Shown here in pieces: positions 26,241 to 39,359 of a stretch of DNA of 64,000 bases. Under the pieces are notes generated by a model. The model did not search any database. It saw only the letters and a program-made list of their open reading frames with translations, and was not told the DNA's origin. This DNA comes from Podarcis melisellensis. Taxonomy: Eukaryota. The stretch lies in NCBI GenBank assembly GCA_964234715.1, contig OZ174276.1; one strand, given 5' to 3'. The position numbers and the translations under genes are program-made. Numbering within the stretch: position 1 is the first letter of the stretch; the number at the start of each line of letters is the position of its first letter.

Positions 26241-26537
26241 GGGATGCGGGTGGTGCTGTGGTCTAAGCCACTGAGCCTCTTGGGCTTGCTGATCAGAATC
26301 CCTGCGACGGGGTGAGCTCCTGTTGCTGGGTCCCAGCTCCTGTCAACCTAGCAATTCGAAAGCATTTTCTGGTTTTGTTGCACCAGAAGTGGCTTAGTCA
26401 TGCTGGCCACACGACCCGGAAAAACTGTCTGCGAACAAACATTGGCTCCCTCGGTCAGTAAAGCGAGATGAGCGCCGCAACCCCAGAGTCATCTGCAACT
26501 GGACTTAACTGTCATGAGTCCTTTAGCTTTGCCGTTG
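26241..26537 (+). mobile_element. Sauria SINE, near full length with internal deletions
   Basis: gggatgcgggtggtgctgtggtctaagccactgagcctcttgggcttgctgatcag... TSD gtcctttgtta / gtcatttgtta (26230-26240, 26538-26548). Confidence 0.93.
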
Positions 26538-29500
26538 GTCATTTGTTACAAATGTGTGTGATTATTTTTCAAGAATAAATATCCTAGAAGTGAGGCCTTG
26601 ACTTCGTTACCAATTCAGTTTTAACTGCTGAGTATACTTGGTGTATATTTGTTTATCAGCCTCAATGTTTGGTTTAATAATAAGGCATTTCTTCATACTT
26701 TTTGCTTTTGGTGGTCAGACTTTCATATTATATATTTATTTCTAAACTCTGTGTTGTTGGGTTTATTTGGGGGCAGCAGAGGAGGTTAGGAGCCATTGTC
26801 CCCAACCATTTCAGTTCAGTGCCCAGGATTTCATTTTTTGTTTGACTAAACTTTGACTGTACAGATACCAAACACTACAACAGCCAGTGTCACTGCATAT
26901 TTACCAAGCCACCAATAACAAATGTATGCATTTGATTTCCACAATGAACGCAAGGCAGCATTTGTTGAAAATTCAAAACAACATTTGTGGAACTTTTAGC
27001 AATATTTCTTACACCGCACATATAGAGGCTTGGTATCATTGTTACGTTCCAGTATAAATCTGAATTATCTTTATACCGTGAGTATGATGGTTCGGAATTC
27101 ACTCCCAGAACAGCAGAGCTCACTTTCTTTTTCATTAACACATATCAAAATGTTCTTCTGAAAGCTGAAATTGCTATATTAAATTTAGGGAGGATGCTCT
27201 TGATTTGGAAAATGATGAAAAATGTCTCTGGGGTGTGTGGGGGGAGCATTGCTTCAGCACCAAAAGTGCCTGGGCCTTTTTTTCCTTCTTTTTCTGCAGT
27301 GCGTAGATAAAATCTTTTGTCGCTCTCCTTCATGTTTATGTAAACCTACTCCAAAACTCGTTGATCAAATCTTTGCTGGCTTTGGAATTAAGCTTCCTCT
27401 TGGTAACTAATCTCAGCCATATGTTTTGGTCCCATAGCTTCAGGAAAGGTTCAGAAGTGCCTATTTGCATCACCTGAGGCTATTGAAATTCTGATCAGAA
27501 ATGGTTTGTGCATAACTTATTGTGTGCGCTGCTGTTTTGCTTGAGCTGCAAATTTCATTCAATATACCTGTTCCTTATTTTAATTATTTCTGTGAAACCA
27601 AAAAGGACATTTTGTTGTTATTTTTTGGTATGCAAACTGCAGGTGTTCAGGTCAAGGCAACACACAGGAGCTTCAAAAGGGAAACCAAGTGAGTGGGGGT
27701 TTTTTTGCAATTTTTTGTTACTAGTCCTCTTTTAGGTTTTAGAAGAACTTACAGTGAGACTAGCTTAAAACAACCCTTGAAATTTTACATCTTGTACAAA
27801 GCAAGTACAATATTGTGTTACACAAATATAACACTTGATATTTCAGGGTGCATTATGAGCTATTTAGACAGACTTCATTAGTGATAATAGCAAAAGTGAT
27901 AAACAGTTCCTTATACTAGTGGTAGTTGCATCAAAGTGGTATAATTCCTATATTAGAAGACATGATATCACTTATTTAAATAACAAAATCAAGGAGGCAC
28001 TTATGTAGCGTATCATTCACAACCAGTTTAATTCTATTACTAGCAGTAGTCTATGCCCAAATCTGCTTGATTCCAAATTCCATGTTTAGTTTCCTTAACT
28101 GATCTAAAAATGATATGCAGTCTTAACTGATGCACCTTTAATATATGTAAAAGTAAAATTCACTTTCATAATTAAATTTAGAGTTAGAAATATTCTTGTA
28201 TAAACTGGTTACAACACCAATAAAGGACATAATACTGGAAATGGGAGTATGCTACCTATTTACTGTTGAAATTGGGTTTAATAGTTGCTTCAGTATTTAA
28301 TATTTCCCTTTTCTCTCAGGAGTTTAGTTTTCCTGCCAGTCAGTTCTTTCCTACATAATGAACTATCATGTAGAGCAATGGGGAACTGCTCTCATAATCT
28401 GCATCCCTCCAATCACTTTTGGATGCTAATGAACAGTACCAGGGAGACATCAACCATTACGGTACATGGGGCCTGAATAAATCAGTGCGTATGGATCATT
28501 GACCATCTTTGTTGTAAAACAAATGGCCTGTAGTCAGTTAATCATATAAAGAAACATCTTGGGGAGGGGGGAAGCACTATTCATAAAACCTAGATCATCT
28601 TGTAGTTCCATAAACACAACATCTGTTAAAATATAAAGAAACTACAGAGTTGCACATTGTTACAAATACAATCCTTGCAGATTGATGAGGCTGTATTACT
28701 AGCACTGTGTTTTGGAGTGGCCTTCCCACCCACCTCCAATTCTTATTTTGTTTGTCTCTGAAAACACCTTTTTCATTCTTTAATCTGCCATTCACATCTT
28801 ATCATCGCCAGGATTTAAATGGAGAAAATATGCACTGAAAATTGTGAATATGTGAACAGGATCAGCAGGACAGTGAGAAGTAGCCAGTCATCATCTTTCT
28901 TTCTCGCTTGCTGGCCAGAGGCCTGTAAACTAGTATTTAGCTTGTTCAGCCTTAGTAGCCGGAGGCAAGATTACCTTATTGACCTTGGATGCTTATGCAC
29001 CGTGAGCGTTGCAACTTAGCCAAGTTGAAATTTTATGTTTTGTTGATGTTCATGTAGCCTTTAGGTACAATTATCCTTCCTGGTTAGGACACCTTATGGG
29101 AGTTCATGCCATTGGTGTGTAAACCTTTTGCTGATTGGATTTCCCCCTTCTGGTGTGTGTCGCTTTTTTAATTTAAAGGAGTGATCTTGGCTATCAAAGA
29201 ACTCCCTTTGCTGTCTGTCTTTTGTGTCCTCTGTATTCATATTAAGGGCCTGCGGGCATTTTAATATAGGCACTTAAAGGTCACTTGTTCTGACCATAAA
29301 ACATATCCATTATGGCAGCTTAAAAGTTGGCTTTGTAACACAAATATTCCCAAACAAAAGAAGGAGTTTTATTTTTATGTGATATATGTATTACCAAAGA
29401 ACTCTTGCTGCAATAGGTTAGGTCAGGGTTCTTTATACTTAAAAAGTAGAAGGGGCCAATCCAATGCCAGGGCAATTGGTTACTGTAAAGTCCTGTTCCC

Positions 29501-29576
29501 TTTTTAAGAATCAGTGATTGATCCTGATAACTGAGCAGGGCCTAATCTATATATGCAGCAAGTGGAGTGAGCAAAT

Positions 29577-29745
29577 GAAGAACATAAGAGCCTTCTGGAT
29601 CAGGCCAGCAAGTCATCTAGTCCAGCATCCCGTTCCCACAATGGCCAGCCAGATGCTTGTGGAAAACCTGCAAGCAGACACTGAGTGCAACAGCTCTCTC
29701 CCCACTTGTGATTCCCAGCAGCTGGCATTCAGAGGTATACTGAAT
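29577..29745 (-). mobile_element. CR1-type LINE 3' end
   Basis: aagaacataagagccttctggatcaggcca..atctagtccagcatcc..ggccagccagatgc. Confidence 0.8.
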
Positions 29746-31422
29746 TAGGTAGCAGAATGGATTATATCCCTTTAGTTTTAAAGTGTGCATGTAAGGAAAG
29801 ATTTCCTGTGAGCAGAAAAGTAGCCCGGCATGGAGGGACTCTGCTGGTTTGAACCCTTTCTTCCTGGTGTATTGATTTACTGCTTCACAATAATCTTTTC
29901 AGTGGAGGTGCATTTAAAGTCCTTCCTCAGCCCAGCAAATGATTCTGCTGTTGAGAAAACATATGGTAGATTTCCAGTTGCAGGACTAGGTGCCACTCTC
30001 CTTGGTGCTTGAGCAGCATGCTTAACAATATGGGACATTCCCACTGCCATCCATGAACGGATGCTTATTCTCACTAATTTAGTCCTGCATGTTCCACCCA
30101 TGCTGTGGAAATCCATGGGCAGAAAGACTGGAGGTTCTGTGCAACCTCCCCCCCCCCATCCAAACTGGGAGCTTGAAAGCTTTGGAGATGAGAGGCTTGC
30201 TTTCTCCCCCCCCCCCCACCTCCCCTGTTGGGCAAAATTGCTTCTCTCCCATCTGTGAAAGGGGCAATAAAATTCCCAGAGTCACTGGAGAGGATGGTGA
30301 CCCACCTACTGAAAAGAAAGAGAGGCAGCAAAGCCAAACTAATCAGTGGTGCCCTGAGGCTTTTTTCCCAGTTCCTGTGACAAATTAAAAGAGGTGAGGG
30401 GTGAGCTGAGGAGGGGGACCAGAGGGGATTGTAGGAGATGAGGCAGCAGAGTGTAAAAAGTTTGGGCAAATTAGGCTGCCTGAAAGATCCAATTTGCATG
30501 TTGAAGAGGCATGAAGGGATCAGAGGGTGAAAGCCAATTAACAGATCAAAGGCAGAGGAAGCAAGGCCCCTTTAGAACAGTGGCTGGTGAAAGCAGGAGT
30601 TACAGGCAGGGCTGAAGGTGTGGTGATATTAGATACTGGGTTGGACTCCTCATGTGATAAAACAGATTAAATGCCGGGATGATTCCTGCTGTAAGTCCCA
30701 CCCACTTCAAGCTCACAGGCTGAACTTGTTTGAGTGGACATCAATATTCATGCCAGTGCATGAGTCACAGTACAATGGGCAAACAGCTTAACTGTTAATT
30801 GCACAGTTAAGGCACTGGGCAAAACTAGCATAATTGGTCTACTCAAGCTTTAGTGGCTTAGCCCAGATTTCTGGCTGCCAGTCCAATTTTCAAGGATTGT
30901 GGGAGGAAACAAATGTGTGTGCAGGGGGGAGACATGAGAGGTGTAGGGGACTGGAACTGACTGGGAGGCCAGATCCTTAATTCACCCATCCCCTCTGGGA
31001 CAACTTCGATGGGCATGTCTTGTCTTTAGTGCAGCCAATCCCAGAGGGTTCACTGACGATGCCAATCAGCTGATTTTAAAACAAAGGACTTCTCCCTTTT
31101 CTGCTGTGTGTATTCTAATGCAGGTGTAGTTTTAATAAACTTGATACATGCAGCAGCAGCATCAAAACCCTATTGTCTGGAAATGGAGTGGGGAAGGCAG
31201 AACAGAGCAACAACTGGTTGTTGTACTAAATGAGAGCACAGCCATTATGCATTTTCTCCTTCTCCAAGAGGCCTGGGTACAACCTGAAGCCTGCAAAGCA
31301 CCTGAAAGGGCTTCATTTGTATGTAGGCTACTCTGTCCCACATCACATCTTAAGACTCTGTCAGATGCAGACTATAATGGTTTGAACAACAGTTTTCCAT
31401 CCCCTTTTTTTACCATCTAGCC

Positions 31423-31667
31423 CAGGGGGCAGCAACCTTTTTCAGACGTGGGCCATTCCACCATCCCTCAGACCATGTGGTGGGCCAGATTATATTTTGG
31501 GGAAAATATGAACGAATTCCTATGCCCCACAAATAACCCAGAGAAGCATTTTAAATATAAGCACACATTCTACTCATCTAAAAACATGCTGATTCCCAGA
31601 CCGTCCGCAGACCAGAGAAGGCGATTGGGCCGCATCTGGCCCCCGGGCCTTAGGTTGCCTACCCCTG
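31423..31667. mobile_element. hAT (Charlie/MER-like) MITE
   Basis: TIRs cagggggcagcaacct / aggttgcctacccctg. Perfect 8-bp TSD atctagcc at 31415-31422 and 31668-31675. Confidence 0.95.
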
Positions 31668-31765
31668 ATCTAGCCTGATGAAGAGTTTGGGGGAACTTGA
31701 AAACTTTCACATTATTTTGTAGCATTTTAGTTAACTTAATAAAGCTTTTTTTTCCTGGGCCAACA
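31668..31765 (+). mobile_element. Penelope-like element terminal fragment with degenerate hammerhead ribozyme core
   Basis: cCTGATGAagagtttgggggaacttGAAAacttt, followed by ...cattttagttaacttAATAAAg, the usual PLE terminal layout. Confidence 0.6.
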
Positions 31766-33539
31766 CCTTTGCTAATATAATTCACAGGAACTTTTGAAAT
31801 CTAGTCTTTTGATTGAGCAGTATTGGTAAATCTAAGTGCTTTGCATGAGGCTGGTGTATATCATCACCCTCCCTTTCCAGATTTGTGGTTTTATAACCAG
31901 TGGTAAACTAATTTAATTTCTGTGGATTTTTTATTTGTACATCAGAACTTATGTATGTTACATTACAGATTCATCACTGATATTTGAAATAGGTGAGTCA
32001 GTGCTAGGGATATTGGGGTTACTTGCTATATGTTTTTTATTTGATGTACATACATTTGGTCTTGGTTTTACAACTCTTTCCTCGACTTCCTGTTTGTTCT
32101 GCAGCATTAGTTTCCTTGGGTCAAGGTCATCTCGTATTATAGTCTAGCACGAGCACTGGGTGTCATACAAACCACAACTATGTTGTGTCAGTGTAAGCAG
32201 GGAGATCATTGCTGCAATGCTATGCTGGCATCAGCCACACCAGATGGTGGCATGGTCATATTTGCAAAGCCAAAATAGAATGGGGAGATGGTTGAGAAAT
32301 GGGTGCCTTGAATTTCAGAGAAAGAGCAAAAGGCCAAAGCAGTCCACAGTAACTGAAACCATATGCAATTTCTCTCCACCACCCCCCTCTTAATGTATTA
32401 GGGTCTTGCTGAAAATCTGTCAGCAATTTCAGGGATTTGGTTCCTGTTTTCTGGTTTTGTCCTTTTTCAGGGACCTACCACCAAATGGTAGAGTTTATCA
32501 CCCACCTCTAATGTGACACTAAAATGTGACCTCCATTTCACTGTTGCATTGACAGGCAAGGTTGGCATTAGAGAAATTATGCTGATAGATACTTGCCTCA
32601 CACTCCCTGATATTACTGGTGTACAGTGAAGACAGTACCTTTATGCAGATTATGAGATACTTGATTTGGTTTGATTCCTGGGGTTAACTACGTCCGTAAT
32701 TTTCTGGGGTAAAGAATTGTAGATGGCCTCTTGCACAATCAATCTTTGAACCATCTCAAGTATTCTTGGCATTTCATTAGATAACTAATTCCCATCTTAT
32801 CATTTTAGAAGTAAAATTATCTTGACGTTTCCTAAAATTCATTCAGAGTATTTCTCTGACTTTTTGTCCATTATTAAAGTACCGTGAAAAAGTGTGCCCT
32901 AAAACACATATCCTGCCGATTCATTTTGATCAGTTAAATATCTTATAGTAATAACTGGGAATTTCCACTTTTTACATCAGGTCCATATTGGGAAAAAATT
33001 GACTAGAATAAGGCCTACTTCTTTCTCCTTATGTCTTTAATATAATTGATCTCGTTACTTTTTCCAACTTGATTAAAATCTCTTAAGTGTGGCCACCTCA
33101 ATTTACAGTTCACGTTTTAAGAAGGGGTCTCTTATGTCTTGCCAATCCTCTGCATGTTCACTCGTTAAATTATACATATGCTAATGATGTGTGAAAATCA
33201 GCCAAATAACAACTCCCTGTAATCGCTTAATGTCCCCAGAGCACTGTGGCTTTTTTATTATTATCTTATGATTTGTGACCTATTCTAAGTCACGTTCCTT
33301 TCAGGGCATCATTCCAACAGCTGAGGTTAATTAGCATTTTCACTTTTACCCCTTCTGAGAGAAGCTCAGGCGAGTCCTCACAGTACTTACCCACAGGACA
33401 GCTCACAATTTCCACTACTTTGGAATTGTGTATTTCCCCTTATTACAGCCTGGAGTGGGTTTCCACAGCCAATGAGTGGAAGCTCCGGGAAGGGGGTTGA
33501 AGCAGGTGGTTGGCAAGTTAAAATATTTGACATTTGAAT

Positions 33540-33908
33540 ATCACGGGTGGCACTGTGATCTAAACCACAAAGCCTAGGGCTTGCCAATCAGAAGGTCGGC
33601 GGTTCGAATCCCCACAACGGGGTGAGCTCCCGTTGCTTGGTCCCTGCTCCTGCCCACCTAGCAGTTCGAAAGCACATCAAAGTACAAGTAGATAAATAGG
33701 TACCGCTCCAGCGGGAAGGTAAACGGCCTTTCTGTGCGCTGCTCTGGTTGGCCAGAAGCAGCTTAGTCATGCTGTGCGCTGCTCTGGTTGGCCAGAAACA
33801 GCTTAGTCATGCTGGCCACATGACCCAGAAGCTGTATGCCAGCTCCCTCGGCCAATAAAGTGAGATGAGCGCTGCAACCCCAGAGTCGTTCACGACTGGA
33901 CCTAATGT
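33540..33908 (+). mobile_element. Sauria SINE with internal 40-bp tandem duplication
   Basis: Head acgggtggcactgtgatctaaaccac. The unit ctgtgcgctgctctggttggccagaa(g/a)cagcttagtcatg occurs twice (33732-33811). 3' tail truncated. Confidence 0.93.
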
Positions 33909-34095
33909 TTTAGCTACCAAGCTTGATGACGATAGTGTGTAGACTTATAGCTCTCTAATTAGCTTTCATCATGGAAGGCTATCCATGCAACTTGCAGTTT
34001 GGATTAAATTCTACTAGTCTGGGATGTGATGAAGGTTATTTACAGCTCCGTGCACCATGTCACTGATCTCATTCTCCTGTTATATTTTGCAAATA

Positions 34096-34617
34096 ACGTA
34101 TTTTTTGCCCTATGGGACGCACCTTTTCCCCTCCAAAAATGAAGGGGAAATGCGTGTGTGTCCTATGGGGCGAATGCAGGCTTCAGGAGAGCCGCAGCGC
34201 CAGCCCCACAAGGTTGGGGGACAGTGGGGAGGCGGAACGCCACCATCCCGCTGTCTCCAGATGTGGTTTGGAGGCTGACGGCGGGGAGATGCGTGCTTCT
34301 CCCCGCCGTCAGCCCTGCAAGCTCCGGGGACAGCGGAGAGGCGCAGTGCGTCTTCCCGCTGTTCCCGGACCTGGTCTGCAGGCGGGCGGCGGGGAGAAGA
34401 GCTCTTCTTCCCGCTGCCAGCCCCGCAAGCTCCGGGGACAGCTGGGAGGCGCAGCGCGTCCTCCCGCTGTCCCCGGACCTGATCTGCAGGCGGGTGGCGG
34501 GGAGAAGAGTGCTTCTCCCCGCTGCCTGCCCCGCAAGCGCCTGGGGGAAAAATAAAATTTGTTTCCTTTATTTCCCCGCTGAAAAACTTGGTGCGTCCTA
34601 TGGGGCGAAAAATACGG
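34096..34617. mobile_element. Tc1/pogo-like non-autonomous DNA element with GC-rich internal repeats
   Basis: Termini cgtattttttgccctatgggacgcacc / ggtgcgtcctatggggcgaaaaatacgg, with TA on both sides. Confidence 0.88.
34217..34541. repeat. 3 x ~108-bp GC-rich tandem repeat
   Basis: Units begin ggggacag at 34217, 34326 and 34434. Confidence 0.92.
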
Positions 34618-34904
34618 TATCCCTCCCTGCTAATGCCTTGCTCTCTTTCCTCCAAACATCCTCTTTTCAGCTGCCCCTTTTCAGCAACCTATTCTCTTAC
34701 ATCAAGCTTTAATCCTCTGGGGAAAAAAATGCCCATTCAGGTAGTCTCAATAAGGGATTGTTGCCAGTAGTGCTAAGAGAACTGCTGAGTGAGGGATGAA
34801 GTGTGCATTTTACTTGACAGAGAGATGTCCCTGAAAATAGCTGCTCTTGTGGGGAGTATTCTCGGTCTTATCCCATAACGTTTAGAAATACGGTACTCTT
34901 TCTC

Positions 34905-34954
34905 TCTATCTATCTATCTATCTATCTATCTATCATCATCTATCTATCTACCTA
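34905..34954. repeat. (TATC)n microsatellite
   Basis: Directly visible. Confidence 0.95.
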
Positions 34955-35395
34955 TGTGTGTAGAGAGAGAGCACATTCAGATATAATGTCACAAAGTATA
35001 AATGGTTTAATCATCTTGTGCATGAGCTGTATGCTGGTGCATACAGCTCAAGCTCTGCTGCCTTGTGCCTCGCTTAGTCAAAGCAGGAAGCAAACTGCAG
35101 AGCTGTCATCTTGGTGTTCCATTTGAACCCATGCATATAGTGTTTCTCTCTCCAAAGAAATCACAATCTGAAGCCATTGTTTTCTTCTGAGCTTCCCAAC
35201 TTTTGTTCAGGGAAAGGAAACTACAAATGCTCACTTGGACATAATACTAAGTTGGTTTGTGCACAAGGAGAGAAGGTGGAGCTCCCTGAGCTGCATATAG
35301 CTCATGTATAGTGCGATGAAACAAAAGATGTTTTGTGTTGCATCTGAAATGCAGCCAATCTCTGCACACCTGATCCAGGTTTCTGGGTACTAGTT

Positions 35396-35515
35396 CATAG
35401 GTGTAGCCAGGTTTTTTGTGGGGGGGGGGGCTTTTGTGGGGGGGCTCAGTTAACTATGTATTTTTATTGATTTTTCTTGATTGGGGGGCAGCTGCCCCTC
35501 CCGACTATGCCCATG
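35396..35515. mobile_element. short hAT-like MITE
   Basis: cataggtgtagcc ... gactatgcccatg inverted termini with G-runs inside. Confidence 0.6.
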
Positions 35516-35807
35516 GTCTAGTGCAGGATAATGGTTACAAGCTATATAGCAAGCCATTCTAAATGTTACATACCAGGACAGGATAATTATTTCAGGGAAG
35601 GCTGCTTTTGGCAGCATTTCTGTGAATTCTGAGTAGCTTGTATTCTGGTTGAGAGTGCAGTTTTGGGGAAGGGATCCTTCGAGATTCCATTGTTGAATTA
35701 AACAACTTTAAATGTCTTACAGGTTTTCAGAAAGAGCTATTACGTTGCAGGACTGCAGCTTCAGAATCCCATCTTTTGATGGTGGCAATGAATAAGCAGT
35801 ATGGGAC

Positions 35808-35890
35808 GCAGTTAGAATTAAGCAAGCCTTGGATGCACTACCCAGGAAAACTGTTTGCTTGGCAGCCTCTTTGGATGTGCAAAGCTTCCT
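35808..35890 (+). mobile_element. CR1-like fragment
   Basis: gggacgcagttagaatta...cagcctcttggatgtgc resembles the CR1 ORF2 3' region. Heavily decayed. Confidence 0.35.
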
Positions 35891-37867
35891 GCAAAAGACT
35901 CATTTGCATTTCTGCATTTGTCTTGCTCTGGGAGAGGGGAGTTAAAGATGCTCCTTGGGATTTGTTAAATAGAGTGAGCAGCAGCAGCCTAAGGTTCTCC
36001 TGTTGGATTTTTGCCATGTGCATTGAGAACAGTACTCACTGCTGATTCCCATTCACTCTGTCTCAGTTTTTGTGACACTTAGGAGTTTTATTCCATGGAG
36101 ATGCCCTTAGGTTCACCACAGCTCTTTCACCAGTTTGGTAAGAGGAAACAAAATATCACCTAACTCCTTTTGTGAATGACCTTTTAAGTACTCATACAAA
36201 AAGTATGCTAGAAATCACTGTATATGCATGCATATTTGTTGATGGAACTGTGAAACATCAGAAGCTGATAGGACTGTGATGATTCTATTAAGGACAGAAC
36301 CAACACCCTGCACCTCAGACTTCCTTCCATGAATGCCCTTTAGTCCTTAAAATGCAGCACATTTTGAAGAATTTATTTTGGCTTCCCCCATCTCAGATTG
36401 GATCTGTATCTGAAAAGGTTCAGAGCAAGGTATAAATATGTGCCATATAAAGTGCTTGCGGTCATTACCTCGCTTTGGAGTCCATGGAAAAGACCAGCAG
36501 GGTTGAAAAAGGAGAGCTTCAGGGAACACCAATATGTTTATTTATCTGCTCTGCCTTGTGGGAGAACTATAGCTTATTGGACAGAGCAGCTCCTAGGCAT
36601 TTGAGCTCTTCACTTGCTTGCCAATCCACAGCCTGAGGCAGCAGTCCCTGGGACTAAGCTAGGGTACTGACTTGCAAAGATATTGCTTGGGGGCTTGTAA
36701 GTTATCTACATTCTCTCTCTGTGTGAGCTTGATTTTTCTCTCTCTCTGTGTGTACACACATCCATTCCATTCTTCCTTTGGAAAAATCTGCTGAATGAGC
36801 CCCCCATGTGACATGGAACTCAGTTGTCTTATGCCATTACCACACAGGCATTTGAGATTCTCTGTGTTCGTGAGCCATTTTGTTTTTCTTTCTCTGGTGG
36901 AGAGCAGTGCTAATATTTACATCCCCAATAGCAGTAATGCATTCTGAGAATGACAGCCATATTCCTTAGAAGAACAACCAGTTCCCAAAATCCAAGTGCT
37001 GTTAATTTGACCACCTGACAGCTCCTGAGGCCACTTGAGCAGTCCACAGAACTGCCTGAGGCAGAAGGGGCACAGGAGGGGTTGTCTAGCCAGCTGGATA
37101 TATATCCATATATGTATAACTGCTTTCTGTCCTTCTCCTCGTTTCCCATCCAAATCAGGGGGGGAGAAGAGAACAAAAATTTGATTCTCTGCCATCTTAG
37201 TACATCTGGTGTCTGATGGATTATTGACTGGTGGAAGGATTTATAAGGCAGAAGGAATGGTACACGCTGAAGAGTCATGTGGCGGGCTTTGTATAATTGG
37301 TTGGTTTTTTTCTTCTGCTTAAATGGTCAAAGAAGAGCTATGCCTTATATCCAATTGCAGCCCTCCACTGCACTCACATACGGTAAAACAGATACGTTCT
37401 TTCTTTACTCATATGGGGTCATAATTACTGTATTTATTTCCAAATACCATAACCTTGTGCAGTGCTCACATTCATATATAAGCATCCATCTTATGTCATG
37501 GATGCTAGGTTGGATGCAATACTATTGAAGGAAGTACATAACAAAACACACAGATTAATAAGGGTATTTCGCATGCCCTCTCATCCCCTTTTACTTGCGA
37601 TGTGCTGCTAATATTTTTTGATAGCATGTTTCAGTGATTGTATTTGCCCAGAGTCATTGTTATTCCTAAGTTTTCTTTCAGTTTCTTAATTCTTCATCTG
37701 TTTTATTACTTTACATTTAAAATCTGTTACTACTTTATTATTATTAGGATAATTGGTTTTGGGTGGGTGAGTGTGACTCCTTTTGGAAACACCTTCGTAA
37801 GCTGATACAGTGCTTCATAAATGCTATATCTTTCTCCCCTGGCTTCATTACATGAGGATCCATGACA

Positions 37868-37980
37868 GTGTATTTTCAATCTTTGTTGGAAGCCGCCCAG
37901 AGTGGCTGGGGAAACCCAGCCAGATTGGGGGGGGGGGTGTTTACAAATAATAAATAATAATAATAATAATAATAATAATA

Positions 37981-38010
<30 letters not shown>
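37868..38010 (+). mobile_element. L2 3' tail ending in (AAT)n(ATT)n
   Basis: ttgttggaagccgcccagagtggctggggaaacccagccagattgggg..aaataataaataat. Confidence 0.88.
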
Positions 38011-38012
<2 letters not shown>

Positions 38013-39359
38013 GGCTCTTTTTATTGTGAATATATTACTAAAGTCAGTCATATTGCTAAGCACATTACTTTGAAATAAACCCCATGTATTTCATTGTGCA
38101 TTAGCTATTTTTGTATTTCCACCCCCGGGCTTTAACACCATCTAAAGCACCTTTTTAATTGTGTTTCCATTGTTGCTCTGTGTTTTCAGAATTTATCTTC
38201 CCTAGTTCAAAACCAGGAATTACTAGAGGAGAAATATGATGATGGTCTACATGCTGCAGATCCCTATCATTAGTTGCCACTGACCAACTTTTATTGGAAC
38301 AAATTATAATCTTTGAAAATACAGGGAATATACTTGTCCTACCTTTCTTCTGTGACATGGCCTTAACCCTTGGGAAATTACATTTTATATTCCGTGCGCA
38401 TGGCATAGCTAAAAGAGAATCTCTTTATGCAAAGCATATGAGGCTTTCCGTGGGAGCCCTGGAAAAGCTTCCATTTAGACTAGCTAATTATGACTTGCAA
38501 CCTGTGCCATAAATTAAAGCTCACGATGAGCTCATGACCAGTCAAGGTCTGTAATGTTTACAAGCCATAAGGTCATGGTGGAAAACAGCAAGGAACAGCC
38601 ATTTAATAGGCTGTTGGCCTAGCTGTCAAAATTATTAATTAAATTTTATCTCCTCTCCTCCATGCTTGAGTGCCACCAGTATGAATCTTCAGACCTGAGG
38701 AAGCCATGCACAGTAATAATTGGGTGCTTATCACAGGCCAAGCAGTCTTTTAATATGATCCTTTGTTTGACAGCTATTGCAGTGCACTGATGGAAGATGT
38801 CAAGATTTCTGAAAATGCCAATAGAATGCCTTACTACATATCAGTCCCCTGGGTTTCAGATCTTGGGATAAATAAGGTAGCTAAGGATCAATAGAATGTG
38901 GTCTAATACATTTATCCATAATGAGCTTCAAGGGGGAGGTGAGAGGAGAGAAGCTTTCAGTGAGAGAGTCAGAGGCATAACTGACAGTATATATTATGCA
39001 GGGTGGACTGAAACCACTTTTGTATAGCTTCAGTAGACCGGAAGGAATTGCTGTGATGCTGCTCCTTTTGCACGAATTTTTGGCAGAGTAGAAGTCTTCA
39101 TTTCCTCCCTCCCTCCCGGCCCACCCTCTTTTTTTAACTGAAAGGCAATTTTGTAGAAGCACATCTAAGACTGCCCTGGAAACCAGCTCTTCTCACTCTC
39201 AAGCAAATCTGTCATTGGTTCTATCACAGGCATACTCTCAGCAAGAACATTAAAGTCTGAGGCATAACAAGGTTCCATATCATTGTGAGGCATCATGTTT
39301 GACTTCCTGCTCCAGCCACCACTTCTTTTTGCCTACTGGGCATCACTTTGCATGTTGAT

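Noticed and set aside
33380-33450. Possible minus-strand micro-exon (cag..|gtaagt)
   Set aside because: Weak acceptor and unrecognised peptide.
34110-34712. Long ORFs (147-184 aa) on both strands
   Set aside because: Artefact of GC-rich 108-bp in-frame repeats inside a MITE; no domain signature.
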